NCBI RefSeq assembly: GCF_026571515.1
Contig: NW_026857404.1
Coordinates: 1-64,000, forward strand
Direction: 5' to 3'
Length of the DNA: 64,000 nt
DNA from: Ruditapes philippinarum
Taxonomy: Eukaryota
This document shows, piece after piece, positions 25,801 through 40,800 of this stretch (positions within the stretch are counted from its first letter, which is position 1; the number at the start of each line of letters is the position of its first letter). The position numbers were made by a program, and so were the translations under genes. The notes under the pieces were generated by a model. It saw only the letters and a program-made list of their open reading frames with translations. It searched no databases and was not told the DNA's origin.

Positions 25801-28800
25801 TAAAGGTTGTGTGCAGCAATTTTATGACAAAGTAATGACAAATCTTACCAAGTAATATATGCAGTAATTTTATGAAACATGTACATACAGACCTCCATAA
25901 TGACAGCCAATTTGTTATATTATATTAGACCTTGAAATGTGTATACCAAAAGTGTTTTTAGATTGATGAAAAATATTAGCCAAGGCAACTTAAGTTGTTG
26001 AGTTATTGGTCGGAATCCGTTTTTAAGTACAATGTCAATGTGACATTAACCTAATACCCTTAAATTAATAGGATTACCAACTGGTTAAGACCAATGCACC
26101 TGTGAAGTTTGAAGGTTAAGGGCCCATGACTTGTGGAGATATTGATCAGAAACTCTTTTACCTAAAAGGTCAATGCGGTCTTGACTTCTGAGCCCTTGAC
26201 CCCAAAAATCCATTGAGGTTTTCTCCTCACCAAAAGCAGTGCATTTGTGAAGTTTGACTCCCTAACCCAAAAATCAATTTTTTGGCCAAGACCAATACAC
26301 CAATGCAAATTGCATTGAGGGCAAAAACCCATGGGTTGTCAAGTTATTGATCAGAAACCGTTTTTACCTACAAGGTCACTATGACCTTTGACCCGTTTCC
26401 CCTAAAATCAATAATGGTCATCTACTTGCCAAGGCCCATGCAACTATGCAGTTTGAAGGCCAAGGGCGTATGGGTTGTCAAGTTATTGATTGGATACAGT
26501 TTTGACTACAAGGTCAATATGACTTTGACCTTTAACCTTTTGACCCCAAAATCAATAGGGGTCATCTACTGGCCAAGGCCACTGTACATATGCAGTTTGA
26601 AGGCCAATGGTTTATGGGTTGTCAAGTTATTGATCGGAAACGGTTTTAACCTACAGGGTCAATATACCCTTGACCTTTGACCCCTTGACCACAAGATAAG
26701 TAAGGATCATCCAATACACCTATGCAGTTTGATGGCCAAGGGCGTATGGTTTGTCATGTAATTGATCTGATACAGTTTTTGCCTACAAGGTCAATATGAC
26801 CTGGACCTTTGACCGTTTGACCCAAAAATCAATAGGGGTCATCTACTGGCCTAGACCAATGCAATAATGAAGTTTTGGGACCAACATCACATGAGTTGTC
26901 AAATTACTGATCGGAAACGGTAACTTACAAAGTCAATGTGACCTTGACCCTTGACTTCCAAATAAATAGGGTTCATTTGCTTGCCAAGATAAATGCACCT
27001 ACGAAATTTGAGGGCTAACAGTCTATGGGTTGTCAAGTTATTGATTGAAAACGGTTTTTACTTTCAAGGTCAATATGACAATCATCTTTGACCCCTTTAT
27101 CCCAATATCAGTAGGGGTCATTTACTGGCCAAACCAATGCACCTATGCAGTTTGAGGGCCAAAGGCCAATGGGTTGTCGAGATATTGATCATAAACCGTT
27201 TTAACATACAAGGTCAATACGACCTTGACCTTTGACCTATGACCCCAAAATCAATAGGGTTCATTTCCATCCCAAGATAAATGCACCTACGAAATTAAAG
27301 GGCCAACAGTCCATGGGTCGATTTTACCTACAGGGTCATGGGATCTTGACCTTTGACTCTTTGACTCAAAAATCAATAGGGGTCGTCTACTGGTAATAAA
27401 CAATCTCAATACTAAGTATTAAATTCTAAGGCTTCAGCGTTCTTTGGTTATTGATCTAAAACCATTTGGTCTACGGACGGACGGACGGACCGACCTATCA
27501 ACCGACCGATCGACTGACAACTGCAAAGCAATACACCCCACTTCTTTGAAAGGGGGATATAAATACACTGTTCATATAAAGTATCAGAACAGAAAATAAA
27601 CAAAACAGCATGAAAAAATGACCTTACCTCCAACTTTGCAATATTATAGAACTGACGTGAAGTTAAGTTCACTTCTTCATGTGTAAAAAATACGCGCTGA
27701 TCAGATTCCTGACTTTACAGAGTGCATTTATAGTTTCTAAATATAGTTTTCTGGGGAACGCTGTGCATGTGTAAAGCTGCTGAGAAGGGCTGTTCAAAAG
27801 GTATTTTCGATTTCCTTTCTGGTTTATTTCTATGCTAAACTCAATTTGAATGCAAAACATAAAAATCAAATCATGAAAAATTGCGTGACTTTGCAAGCGT
27901 TTTTCTCACAATGATTAAAAGCTCAATGGAGACAAAAATCGTTGAGTGCATCACAATTATAGTCACAACTTTTACCCTTAAATAGCTAGGCGTGACCCTG
28001 GCTTTTCAGTTATAATCCTAAATGGCGCATACAATTTATTGACAAAAAATGATTAACATTTTCTCCAAGTACTTTTAAATCCTCTGCAGTTGACACACTT
28101 ATGGATCTTACCCGAAAATAAAACTTTATTTAGGGATAAAACTTGTCAAGATGAGCATAATCATCTTCTGAACCTAACGGACAAGGAATATTCCAACCTT
28201 TGGAGATATGAAACGTAAAGGTCTCACATACCAACATTACCATTGCTTTAAAAACTTTTCTTTTTAAGCAAAAATATATTAGAGTGAACGTTTATAATTA
28301 CATTTTGCTTGCCAAACTGATCACAGTTATTTTCTAAAATATGAAAAAATTTAGTAAAATACAAAATCATGTCTATGCGAACGACTTTTAGGCCTAATAA
28401 ATACAAGAAATCTATAAGATAAGGAATAAGTTTTTTAATCGGTAGGTGACATGCTTATGTCTTGTATTTGCACAAACTCAATAGCAAAAAGTAGGGAAAA
28501 TTGGTACTATCAACACTTTGAGCTGAGATAATTCACCGAAAACACCGTAATCATTGGACATGCGAGAAGACAACTCGTAGTACATGTAGTATAACGTTTT
28601 TTACAAATATTTTACTACTATTTATTCAATATTGAATGTTTGTAAGTTCAAAACTGAATTTATTGAACGAGTTGAATAAAATTATATTATGCGAGCCTTT
28701 GGCGAGCATGATATTATTTATTCAACGAGTTCAATAAATTCAGCAATGAACTTACAAGAATTTAATATTCTATTTATCACATACCAAAAATAAATAATGT

Positions 28801-31800
28801 TTAAAGTGACGCGCATTCAGTATACATAATACGCGTTTTTACACTATGTTTGCATAACGTAAACAACGTCACATCAAAATATATGCACGATTGTGCAATA
28901 CCATTTTTACGGAGTGCAAAATCGGCATAGGTGTGTGATAAATAAAGTTACCGCATTTATAGAGATAAGGATACAAAACAGGGTCGGATGTACTTCTATG
29001 AATTAATCAAGTGCATGAGGGATTTGGCTGAAATTTGCTTAAAGTGATAAATTTGTACATGTGTAAACAATTTCATTTCAGTGCTAAGTGGACCGATTGA
29101 ATCATATACCTTCACACTGGCGTTTGTTACAAGTTCTTGTCTCTTCCGGACTTCCGTCACAATATCTTCCTAATAAAGATGGTCTTGGGTTAGAACATGT
29201 TCTTAGCCGACTTTGAATACCACCATCACAACTGACACTACATGAACCCCAGTTTTCCCAACTTGACCATTCACCATCTAAAAGAGAAGACACCTTCAAG
29301 TATGTTCAACAGTTTTTATATCACATAGATTTTTATAACTGTATATTATAAACGTTTTTGTAACGAGCCTTATGTAATATAGGGGCATTACAAGTTGTAG
29401 ATTAGTATTTATTATATAAGACCTAATCACATAATATTATATTAAAAAGAAGTAGAATGAAAATATAATGACAACATCGTTTTTCATCAATTGCTGTATA
29501 ATAATATTGTGATAAAATAGGTTTTCTCTATCTTGCTCAAACCATTGTTTTTTTTCAATACTCATAACTCATGATTTCTCGAGAATCAAAAAAAATAATG
29601 TTGACATGATGTTGTGCGTTTTTTTTTTCTTTTTTTTGGTGAGGCAAGAATAATGCTAGAAACATAATTCTTGCATAAAAAAAATGCGCAAACGCATGTA
29701 TACAGAGACGAAAATATGCAATAATGGATAAAATCACGTAAGCTGCGCCGTTGTTTCCGTTTATTCAGCAGGACCCTGTGTATCATATACATAGATTACT
29801 GCATTGACAAAAGTAAGTTTCATTAACAAACCAGCACTGTCAAATGACTTTGAATGCGTCCCTATATACTCAGTCGAATTTAAACATGTGTCGTATAATC
29901 ACCAATTATAACTTGCATGCAGTCATACAAAGATCATCTGTGTAATGTACATAAAATTATTTATATGGGGGCGAGTGATGGGTTTTATGTCGTACCAACA
30001 CAGTAGAGGTCATATGGTGACTTTCCAGCTTCAGTGTTGAAAGAATCCCCTGGATCCCCCTCCGTGAATTATATCAGTCAGGCCCGAGCGGGAACCTGAG
30101 TAAAACCTCCGACATGTAGCTTCCACACAGTCAAGAAGGATTCCAAAAACCCTAGCGTGATTCGAACATTTAGTTGCGAGGAGCAAGCGTTTAAAATTAA
30201 ATCCTTTACTATTCTCTTTATCCTTTCTTGTATATTATAAAATGAAGGATAATTTGTATTTGACAATTTAGTGTTTTGTGCAGTTTATCATTATCCAATC
30301 AATAAGGTATAGACAAAGGTTTCTGATTAACTTGCTTTGTGAGAAAAAGTACAACCACACAAGGTACAACACATGTTTCATGAAAATGATTGTTTTTGAA
30401 TATAAATTAAATGCACCGAATTATATGCAAAAATGGGTCAAAGACAGAAAAGGCCGGGTTGCATTGGTACACCAAATACCATGAAGCTGTGATGTTACAA
30501 ATAAAATTTACCATTAACCATTATTGTCGAAAATTTAACTGTGGGTAAACAGGAACAGGATGATGTATACAACTGAAATCGAATCCTACGGTATGGGACC
30601 ATGTGTCAATGCTGTATTCCTAATATCAAGAGGCTGTGATATGTAGTTGCTGAGAAAACTGTTACGATAGTTTCCTACCATTGACCATCAATGTCGAAAA
30701 TTTAACTAAGTTGGTAAACAGGAAGTGGATTAGCTGCAGACCTGAAATCGAATCCAACATTAACATTTTAAATAATAGACACTCGATTTTTTTCCGACCA
30801 ACACTTCTCCGTTTTCGTGAGTAAAGAATATAATATACCTGCACACTGATTTTTGTTGCAAGTTCTTGTCTCGTCCGGATTTCCATCACAATATCTTCCT
30901 AGTAAAGATGGTCTTGGGTTAGAACATGTTCTTAGCCGACTTTGAATACCACCATCACAACTGACACTACATGAACCCCAGTTTTCCCAACTTGACCATT
31001 CACCATCTAAAAGGGAAAGACACTTTAAAATATGTTAAATCAGTTGTTATATCATTAAACTTTTATAACTGTAAATTAGAAACAAATTTGTAACGAGCCG
31101 TATGTAAAATAGGGGCATTACAAGTTGTAGATTAGACTTAATTATATTAGACCTAATCACATAATATGATATTAAAAAGAAATAGAATGGAATGAAAATA
31201 TAATGACAAAATCGTTTTTTTATAAATTGCTGTTTAATAATATTCTGATTAAAAAGGTTTTCTCTATCTTGCTCAAACCATTGTTTCGTCTTCAATACTA
31301 ATAAGTCATGATTTCTCGAGAATTTAAAAAAGAATGTTGACATGATGTAGTGCGTTTCTGTTTTGCTTTTTTTTCTTTTTTAGTGAGTCAAGAAAAATGC
31401 TGGGAACATAATTCTTGCAGATAATATTGCGCACGTGCATGTATACAGAGACAAAAATATGCAATAACTGATAAAATCACGTGAACATGCGCCGTTGTTT
31501 CCGTTTATACAGCAAGCCCCTGGGTATCATATACATAGCTTACTGCAATGACAAAAGTAAGTTTCATTAACAAACCAGCACTGTCAAATGACTTTGAATG
31601 CGTCCCTATATACTAGGTTGAATTTAAAGATGTGTCATACAATCACCAAGTATAACTTGCATGCGGTCATGCAAATCTCATCTGTGAAATGTACATATAA
31701 TTACTTTTATGTGTGTGAGGGATGGGTTCTATGTCGTACCAACACAGTAGAGGTCATATGACGACTTTCCAGCTTCACTGATGAAAGAATCCCATTTGCC

Positions 31801-34800
31801 CCCTCAGTGAATTACGAACGGACACCTGAGTAAAACCTCCGACATGTAGCTTCCACACAGTCATGAAGGATTTCAAAATTTCTAGCGGGATTCGGACATT
31901 TAGTAGCGAGGAACAAATTTCCTAGCATTGACCATCAATATCGAAAATTTAACTAAGTGGGTAAACAAGAAATGGATGAGCTGCAGATCTGAAATCAAAT
32001 CCCACGGTATGGGACCATGTGTCAATGCTGTATGTCAAATATCAAGAGGCTGTTATAAGTAGTTGCTGAGAAAACTGTTACAAAATTTCCTACCATTAAC
32101 CATTAATGTTGAAAATTTAACTAATTGAGTAAAGTTGAAGTTGATAAGCTGCAGATCTGAAATCGAATCCCAAAGTATGGGACAATCTGTAAATACTGTA
32201 TGGCAAATATCAAGAGGCTGCGGTATGTAGTTGCTGAGAAAACCGATACGAAAATTTCCTAGCATTGACCATTAATATCGAAAAATAAACTAAGTGGGTA
32301 AACAAGAAGTGGATGAGCTTCAGATCTGAAATCAAATCCCACGGTATGGGACTATGAGTTAATGCTGTATGCTAAATATCAAGAGGCTGTAATAAGTAGT
32401 AACAGTTCCGAAAATATTTCCCCGCCCGCCAGCCTGCCAAGCCCGCCTGCTGTCCGACATTCACCATACTATAACCCGGATGTGCACCAGAGCAGCCCAG
32501 CCAATACTCGATGAACAATCATCTTATTTGAAAAATTACTAACATGCGAATATATTTTATTTATATGTACTTTTTTAGACTTTTAATGACTTTAGCCACA
32601 TCATTATAATGAGATAAAGTATGTATTCCAATATGATATCCATTATTATAAAACCATATTTCATATCCAATCTGTGACAAAAACAATTCAACATAAACCA
32701 ATAGATCTGCAGATTCCTACAGGTAGAGCATTGAAAAAACAAGATTACAGTACATTTGGTAAGCATTATATTTATTTTTGGTAAAATTTATAAATAAATT
32801 GCTTACAATGAGATATTTTACACAACACAAAAAACAGGATATAGATTTAAAGAAATTTTTGAAACATCAAAACATTTCTTTATATCTAATTTAATATGTC
32901 ATTATAATGAACATAAGGGCCTAGAATAGTTTGGAAAGCACTATCCGTTTTTTTGTTGTTGTTTTTGTTTAAGTCTAGAAACACCTAATAAAATTCACAA
33001 ATGGGCGGACAATCTGTCACTAGAGATAGTTTGAATAAAATACTACGCTCAATCTCACAGTTTAACGCCATTTTGTAAATTAATTTCTGTAGATGAAACA
33101 AAATTGTCCCTGACAACAGAATAAACAAAATATACCCTTTAAAGTTACAAGTGTGTAATATACAGTACGTTTGATATTGAATGAGTGATAGTTCATACTG
33201 AGTTTATTGGAAGAGTTGAATAAATTATATTATGCGTGACTCTTGCGAGAATATTTTTGTTTTTGTTCAACGAGTTCAATAAATACAGTGATGCACCTTC
33301 ATCAATGTAATATTCTATATATACCAAAACGACTGTTAAATGTGAAAAAAAGATTTTTTTTTATCGTCGCGTCTAAAGAACAAGGCGTCTTTAAACTATG
33401 CTTGTATAATGCAATATAGAATATAATATACCTGCACACTGATTTTTGTTGCAAGTTCTTGTCTCGTCCGGACTTCCATCACAATATTTTCCTAATAAAG
33501 ATGGTCTTGGGTTAGAACATGTTCTTAGCCGACTTTGAATACCACCATCACAACTGACACTACATGAACCCCAACTTTCCCAACTTGACCATTCACCATC
33601 TAAAAGGAAAGACACTTTAACGTATGTTAAAACAGTTGTTATATCACATAAACTTTTATAACTGTATATTATAAGCACATTTGTAACGAGCCTTATGTAA
33701 TATAGAGGCATTACAAGTTGTAGATTAGTATTAATTATATTAGACCTAATCACATAATATTATATTGAAAAGAAATAGAATGAAAATATAAAGACAAAAT
33801 CGTTTTTCATCAATTGCTGTATAATAATATTCAGATAAAATAGGTTTTCTCTATCTTGCTCAAACCATTGTTTCGTCTTCAGTACTTATAAGTCATGATT
33901 TCTCGAGAATTTAAAAAAGAATGTTGACATGATGTTGTGCGTTTCTTTCATTTTTTTTGCGAGTCAAGAATAATGCTACGAAAATAATTCTTGCATAAAA
34001 AACTGCACACGTGCATGCATACAGAGACGAAAATATGCAATAACGGATAAAATCACGTTATCATGCGCCGTTGTTTCTGTTTATACAGCAGGACCCTGGG
34101 TATCATATACATAGCTTACTGCATTGACAAAAGTAAGTTTCATTAACTAAACAGCACTGTCAAATGACTTTGAATGCGTCCTCAATTACTTGGTCGAATT
34201 TAAAGATATGTCATACAATCACCAAGTAGAACTTGCGTGCGGTCATGCAAAGATCATCTGTGTAATGTACATATAATTATTTTTATGTGTGTGAGGGATA
34301 GGATTTATGTCGTACCAACACAGTAGAGGTCATATGGCGACTTTCCAGCTTCACTGTTGAAAGAATCCCATAGGTCCCTCTCCGTGAATTATATCAGTCA
34401 CGCACGAGAGGGCACCTGAGTAAAACCTCCGACATGTAGCTCCACACAGTCATGAACGATTTCAAAATTTCTAGCGGGATTCGCACATTAAGTGGCGAGG
34501 AACAAGCGTTTCAAATTTAATCCTTAACTACTCTCTTTATCCTATCATGTATATTATAAAATGAAGGATAATTTGTATTGGACAATATAGTGTTTTATGC
34601 AGTTTATCATTGTACAATAAACAAGGTACAGCCATAGGTTTCTGATTGACTTGCTTTGTGAGAAAAGATACAACCACACAAGGTACAACACATGTTTCAT
34701 GAAAATGATTGTTTCTGAATATAAATAAAATGCACCGAATTATATGTAAATAATGGGTCAAAGACAGAAACGGCCGGGTTGCATTTGTACACCAAATACC

Positions 34801-37800
34801 ATGAGGCTGTGATGTTACGAATAAAATTTACCATTAACCATTAATGTCGAAAATTTAATTGTTTGTAAACAGGAAGAGGATGAGCTACACACCTCAAATC
34901 GAATCCCACGGTATTGGACCATGTGTCAATGCTGTATTCCTAATCTATTGATAGAGGCTGTGATATGTAGTTGCTGAGAAAACTGTTACGAAAGTTTCCT
35001 ACCATTGACCATAAATATCGAAAACTTAACTATGTGGGTACACAGGAAGTGGATAAGCTGCAGACCTGAAATCGAATCCAACGGTATGGGCCCATGTGTC
35101 AATGCGTCAATGCTGTATGCCAAATATCAAGAGGCTGTAAGAAGTAGTTGCTGAAAAAATGTTACGAAAATTTCCTACCATTGACCATAAATGTCAAAAA
35201 ATTAACTAAGTGGGTTAACAAGAAGTGAATGAGCTACAGACCAGAAATCAAACCTCATAGTTTGCGAAATATCAAGAAGCTGTGATATGTAGTTGTTGAG
35301 TAAACTGTTACGAAACTTTCCTACCATTCACCAAAAATGTCGAAAATTTAACTAAGTGGGTAAACAGGAAGTGGATGAGATGCACACCTGAAACCGAAAC
35401 CCACGGTATGGGACTATGTGTCAATGCTGTATGCCAAATATCAAGAGGCTGTTATAAGTAGTTGCTGAGAAAACTGTTACAAAATTTCCTACCATTAACC
35501 ATTAATGTTGAAAATTTAACAAAGTGGGTAAACAAGAAGTGAATGAGCTGCTGGTCTGAAATCAAATCCCACGGTATGGGTCCATGTGTCAATGCTCTAT
35601 GCCAAATACCAAGAGGCTGTAATAAGTAATTGCTGAGGTAACAGTTACGAACATATTTCCCCGCCCGTCCGCCTGCCAAGCCTGCCTGCTGCCCGACATT
35701 GCCATACCATAATACGGCTTGACATCAGAGCAACCCTGCCAATACTCGATGAACAATCATCTTATTTGAAAAATTACTAACACGCGAATATATTTTATTT
35801 GTATATACTTTTTGAGACTTTTAGTGATTTTAGCCGCAACATTATAATGAGATAAAGTATGTATTCAAATGTGATATCCATTATTATAAAACCATATTCA
35901 TATTCAATCTGTGACAAAAACAATTCAACATAAACCAATAGATCTGCAGATTCCTATAGGAAGAGCATTCAAAAAACAAGACTAAAGTACAATACATTAG
36001 GTTAACATTATATTATTTTTTGTAAAAATTTATAAACCATTTGCTTACAATAAGATTTTGCTATACAACACAAAAACAGGATATAGATTTAAGGAAATTG
36101 TTGAAACATCAAAATACTTTTTATATCTAATTTAACATGTCACTTTAATGAACAAAATGGCCTAGTTGGAAAGAAATATCCGTTGTTTTTTGTTTTGTTT
36201 TTTAAGTCTAGAAACACTTAATAAAATTCACAAATGGGCGGACAATCTGTCACTAGAGACAGTTTGAATAAATTACTACTCTTGATCTCACTGTTTAACG
36301 CCATTTTGTAAATTCTTCATTTTCTAGAATTGTTTGTTTTATTTATTTAATCATTCAAGATAAATCATATTTTCATCTAACATTCAGTTTTTGAAATTGT
36401 TTTTAAGCACCCAGTTCCAATGTCTTCATGAGAAAATCGCCTGAAATTGTGACACCCAGTGGGTAAAAAGACTTTACGTCACTCTGAAGACTTCTGTTTT
36501 TAAATTTCTCAAGATGAAACAAAATCTTACCTGACACCAGAATAAACAAAATATAACCTTAAGGTTACAGGTGTGTAATATACAGTATGTTTGATATTGA
36601 ATGAGTGTAAGTTCATACTGAATTTATTAGACGAGTTGAATAAAATTATATTATGCGAAACTCTTGCGAGAATTATATTTTTTTTGGGCTCAACGAGTTC
36701 AATAAATTCAGTAATGCACTTTCATCAATGTAATATTCTACATATCAAAAGACTGTTAAATGTGAAAAAAGAATATTTTTTCATCGGCGCGTCTATAGAA
36801 CAAAGCGTCTTTAAAATATGCTTGTATAATACAAATTACGTTATGTCACAATATATGCAAGACCGTACAATACTCTTTTCATAGATTCGAAAAATCGACA
36901 CGGGTTTGTCTTTTTTCACCTATATATTCAATAAGGAAAACGTCAATCAATACAAAATTATTTCAATTGATTTGGGCATGTGATCAATAAATTTTACATT
37001 TGTCATAATTGAAATATCAAACTCGCTAAAGTAAATGTTATAAAGTTCGCAAGAGGCTCTAATTAAAACACTTTCTTTAACTCGTTGAAAAATTATATAT
37101 CTTATGAAAGATCTTTTACATTTTAAATAATGGACACTCGATTTTTTCCGACCAACACTTATTCCCCGTTTTCGTGAGTAAAGATTATAATATACCTGCA
37201 CACTGATTTTTGTTGCAAGTTCTTGTCTCGTCTGGACTTCCATCACAATATTTTCCTAATAAAGATGGTCTTGGGTTAGAACATGTTCTTAGCCGACTTT
37301 GAATACCACCATCACAACTGACACTACATGAACCCCATCTTTCCCAACTTGACCATCCACCATCTAAAAGGGAAGACACTTTAAAGTATGTTTAAACAAT
37401 TGTTATATCACATAAACTTTTAAAACTGTATATTATAAACATATTTGTAACGAGCCTTATGTAATATAGGGGCATTACAAGTTATATTAATTATATTATA
37501 CCTAATCACATAACATTATATTAAAAAGAAATAGAATGAAAATATAAAGACAAAATCGTTGTTAATCAATTGCTGTATAATAATATTCTGATAAAATAGG
37601 TTTTCTCTATCTTGCTCAAACCATTGTTTCGTTTTCAATACTAATAAGTCATGATTTCTCGAGAATTTAAAAAAGAATGTTGACATGATGTTGTGCGTTT
37701 CTTTCTTTTTTTTTGGGGGGGGAGTCAAGAATAATGCTACGAACATAATTCTCGCATAAAAACTGCACACGCGCATGCATACAGAGACGAAAATATGCAA

Positions 37801-40800
37801 TAACGGATAAAATCATGTTAGCATGCCCCGTTGTTTCTGTTTATACAGCAGGACCCTGGGTATCACATACATAGCTTACTGCATTGACAAAAGTAAGTTT
37901 CATTAACAAAACAGCACTGTCAAATGACTTTGAATGCATCCTCAGATACTTGGATGAATTTAAAGATATGTCATACAATCACCAAGTATAACTTGCATGC
38001 GGTCATGCAAAGATCATCTGTGTAATGTACATATAATTATTTTTATGTGTGTGAGGGATAGATTTTATGTCGTACAAACACAGTAGAGGTCATATGGCGA
38101 TTTTCCAGCTTCACTGTTGAAAGAATCCCATGGGTCCCTCTCCATGAATTATATCAGTCACGCACGAGCGGGCACCTGAGTAAAACCTCCGACATGTAGC
38201 TCCACACAGTCATGAACAATTTTAAAATTTCTAGCAGGATTCGCCAATTTAGTGGTGAAGAACAAGCGTTTCAAATTAAATCCTTAACTACACTCTATAT
38301 CCTATCATATATCTTATAAAATGAAGGTAAATTGTATTGGATAATATAGTGTTTTGGGCAGTTTATCATTATCCAATGAATTAGGTATAGCTATAGGTTT
38401 CTGATTAACTTGCTTTGTGAGAAAAGGCACAGCCACACAAGGTAAAACACATGTTTCATGAAAATGATTGTTTCTGAATATAAATAAAATGCACCGAATA
38501 ATATGTAAAAAATGGGTCAAAGACAGAAAAGGCCGGGTTGCATTGGTACACCAAATACCATGAGGCTGTGATGTTACGAATAAAATTTATCATTAACCAT
38601 TAATGTCGAAAATTTAACTGTGGGTAAACAGGAAGAGGATGAGCTACACACCTGAAATCAAATCCTACGGTATGGGACTATGTGTCAATCCTGTATTCCT
38701 AATATCAAGAGGCAGTGATATGTAGTTGCTGAGAAAACTGTTACGAAAGTGTTCTACCATTGACCACAAATGTCAAAAATTTAACTAAGTTGGTAAACAG
38801 GAAGTGGATTAGCTGCAGACCTGAAATCGAATCCAACATTTTACATTTTAAATAATGGACACTCGATTTTTTTCCGACCAACACTTCTCCGTCTTCGTGA
38901 GTAAAGAATATAATAATTATACCTGTACACTGATTTTTGTTGCAAGTTCTTGTCTCGTCCGGACTTCCATCACAATATCTTCCTAGTAAAGATGGTTTTG
39001 GGTTAGAACATGTTCTTAGCCGACTTTGAATACCACCATCACAACTGACACTACATGAACCCCAGCTTTCCCAACTTGACCATTCACCATCTAAAAGGGA
39101 AGAAACTTTACAGTATGTTAAAACAGTTGTTACATCACATAAACTTTTATAACTGTATATTATAAACATATTTGTAACGAGCCTTATGTAATATAGGGGC
39201 ATTACAAGTTGTAGATTAGTATTAATTATATTAGACCTAATCACATAATATTATATTAAAACGAATTGGAATGAAATTATAAAGACAAAATCGTTTTTCA
39301 TCAATTGCTGTATAATAATATTTAGATAAAATAGGTTTTCTCCATCTTGCTCAAACCCTTGTTTCGTTTTCAATACTAATAAGTCATGATTTCTCGGGAA
39401 TTTAAAAAAGAATGTTGACATGATGTTGTGCGTTTCCTTTTTTCTTTTTCTTTTTTTGCGAGTCAAGAATAATGCTACAAACATAATTCTTGCATAAAAA
39501 ACTGCACACGTGCATGCATACAGAGACGAAAATATGCAATAATGGATAAAATCACGTTAGCATGTGCCGTTGTTTCTGTTTATACAGCAGGACCCTGGGT
39601 ATCATATACATAGCTTACTGTATTGACAAAAGTAAGTTTCATTAACAAAACAGCACTGTCAAATGACTTTGAATGCGTCCTCATATACTTGGTCGAATTT
39701 AAAGATATGTCATACAATCACCAAGTATAACTTGCATGCGGTCATGCAAAGATCATCTTCCACACAGTCATCAACGATTTCAAAATTTCTAGCGGGATTC
39801 GCACGTTTAGTGGCGAAGAACAAGTTTTTGAAATTGAATCCTTAACTACTCTCTTTATCCTATCATGTATATTATAAACTGAAGGATAATTTGTATTGGA
39901 CAATATAGTGTTTTGTGCAGTTTATCATTGTACAATGAATAAGGTACAGCCATAGGTTTCTGATTGACTTGCTTTGTGAGAAAAGGTACAACCACACATG
40001 GTTCAACAAATGTTTCATGAAAATGATTGTTTCTGAATATAAATAAAATGCACCGAATTACATGCAAAAAACGGGTCAAAGACAGAAAAGACCGGGTTGC
40101 ATTTGTACACAAAATAACATGAGGCTGTGATGTTACGAATAAAATTTACTATTAATACTTAATATCGGAAATTGGACTGTGGGTAAACAGGAAGAGGATT
40201 AACTACACACCTGAAATCGAATCCCACGGTATGGGACCATGTGTCAATGCTGTATTCTTAATATCAAGAGGCTGTGATATGTAGTTGCCGAGAAAACTGT
40301 TACGAAAGTTTCCTACCATTGACCATAAATATCGAAAATTTAACTAAGTGGGTACACAGGAAGTGGATAAGCTGTAGACCTGAAATCGAATCAAACGGTC
40401 TGGGCCCGTGTGTCAATGCTGTATGCCAAATATCAAGAGGCTGTAATAAGTAATTCCTGAAAAAACTGTAACGAAAATTTCCTAACATTGACCATAAATG
40501 TCAAAAATTTAACTAAGTGGGTTAACAAGAAGTGAATGAGCTGCAGACCAGAAATCAAACCTCATAGTTTGCGAAATATCAAGAGGCTTGATATGTAGTT
40601 GTTGAGTAAACTGTTACGAAACTTTCCTACTATTCACCAAAAATGTCGAAAATTTAACTAAGTGGGTATCATATACATAGCTTACTGCATTGACAAAAGT
40701 AAGTTTCATTATTAAAACAGCACTGTCAAATGACTTTGAATGCGTCCTCAGATACTTGGATGAATTTAAAGATATGTCATAAAATCACCAAGTATAACTT

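Noticed and set aside
26381-26680. 99-aa ORF with an internal repeat
   Set aside because: Translation of two ~158-bp satellite units.
24415-27896. ORFs 24415-24666 and 27669-27896 as additional exons
   Set aside because: No recognisable domain or convincing phase-1 splice pair; possibly old transposon debris, which cannot be resolved by eye.
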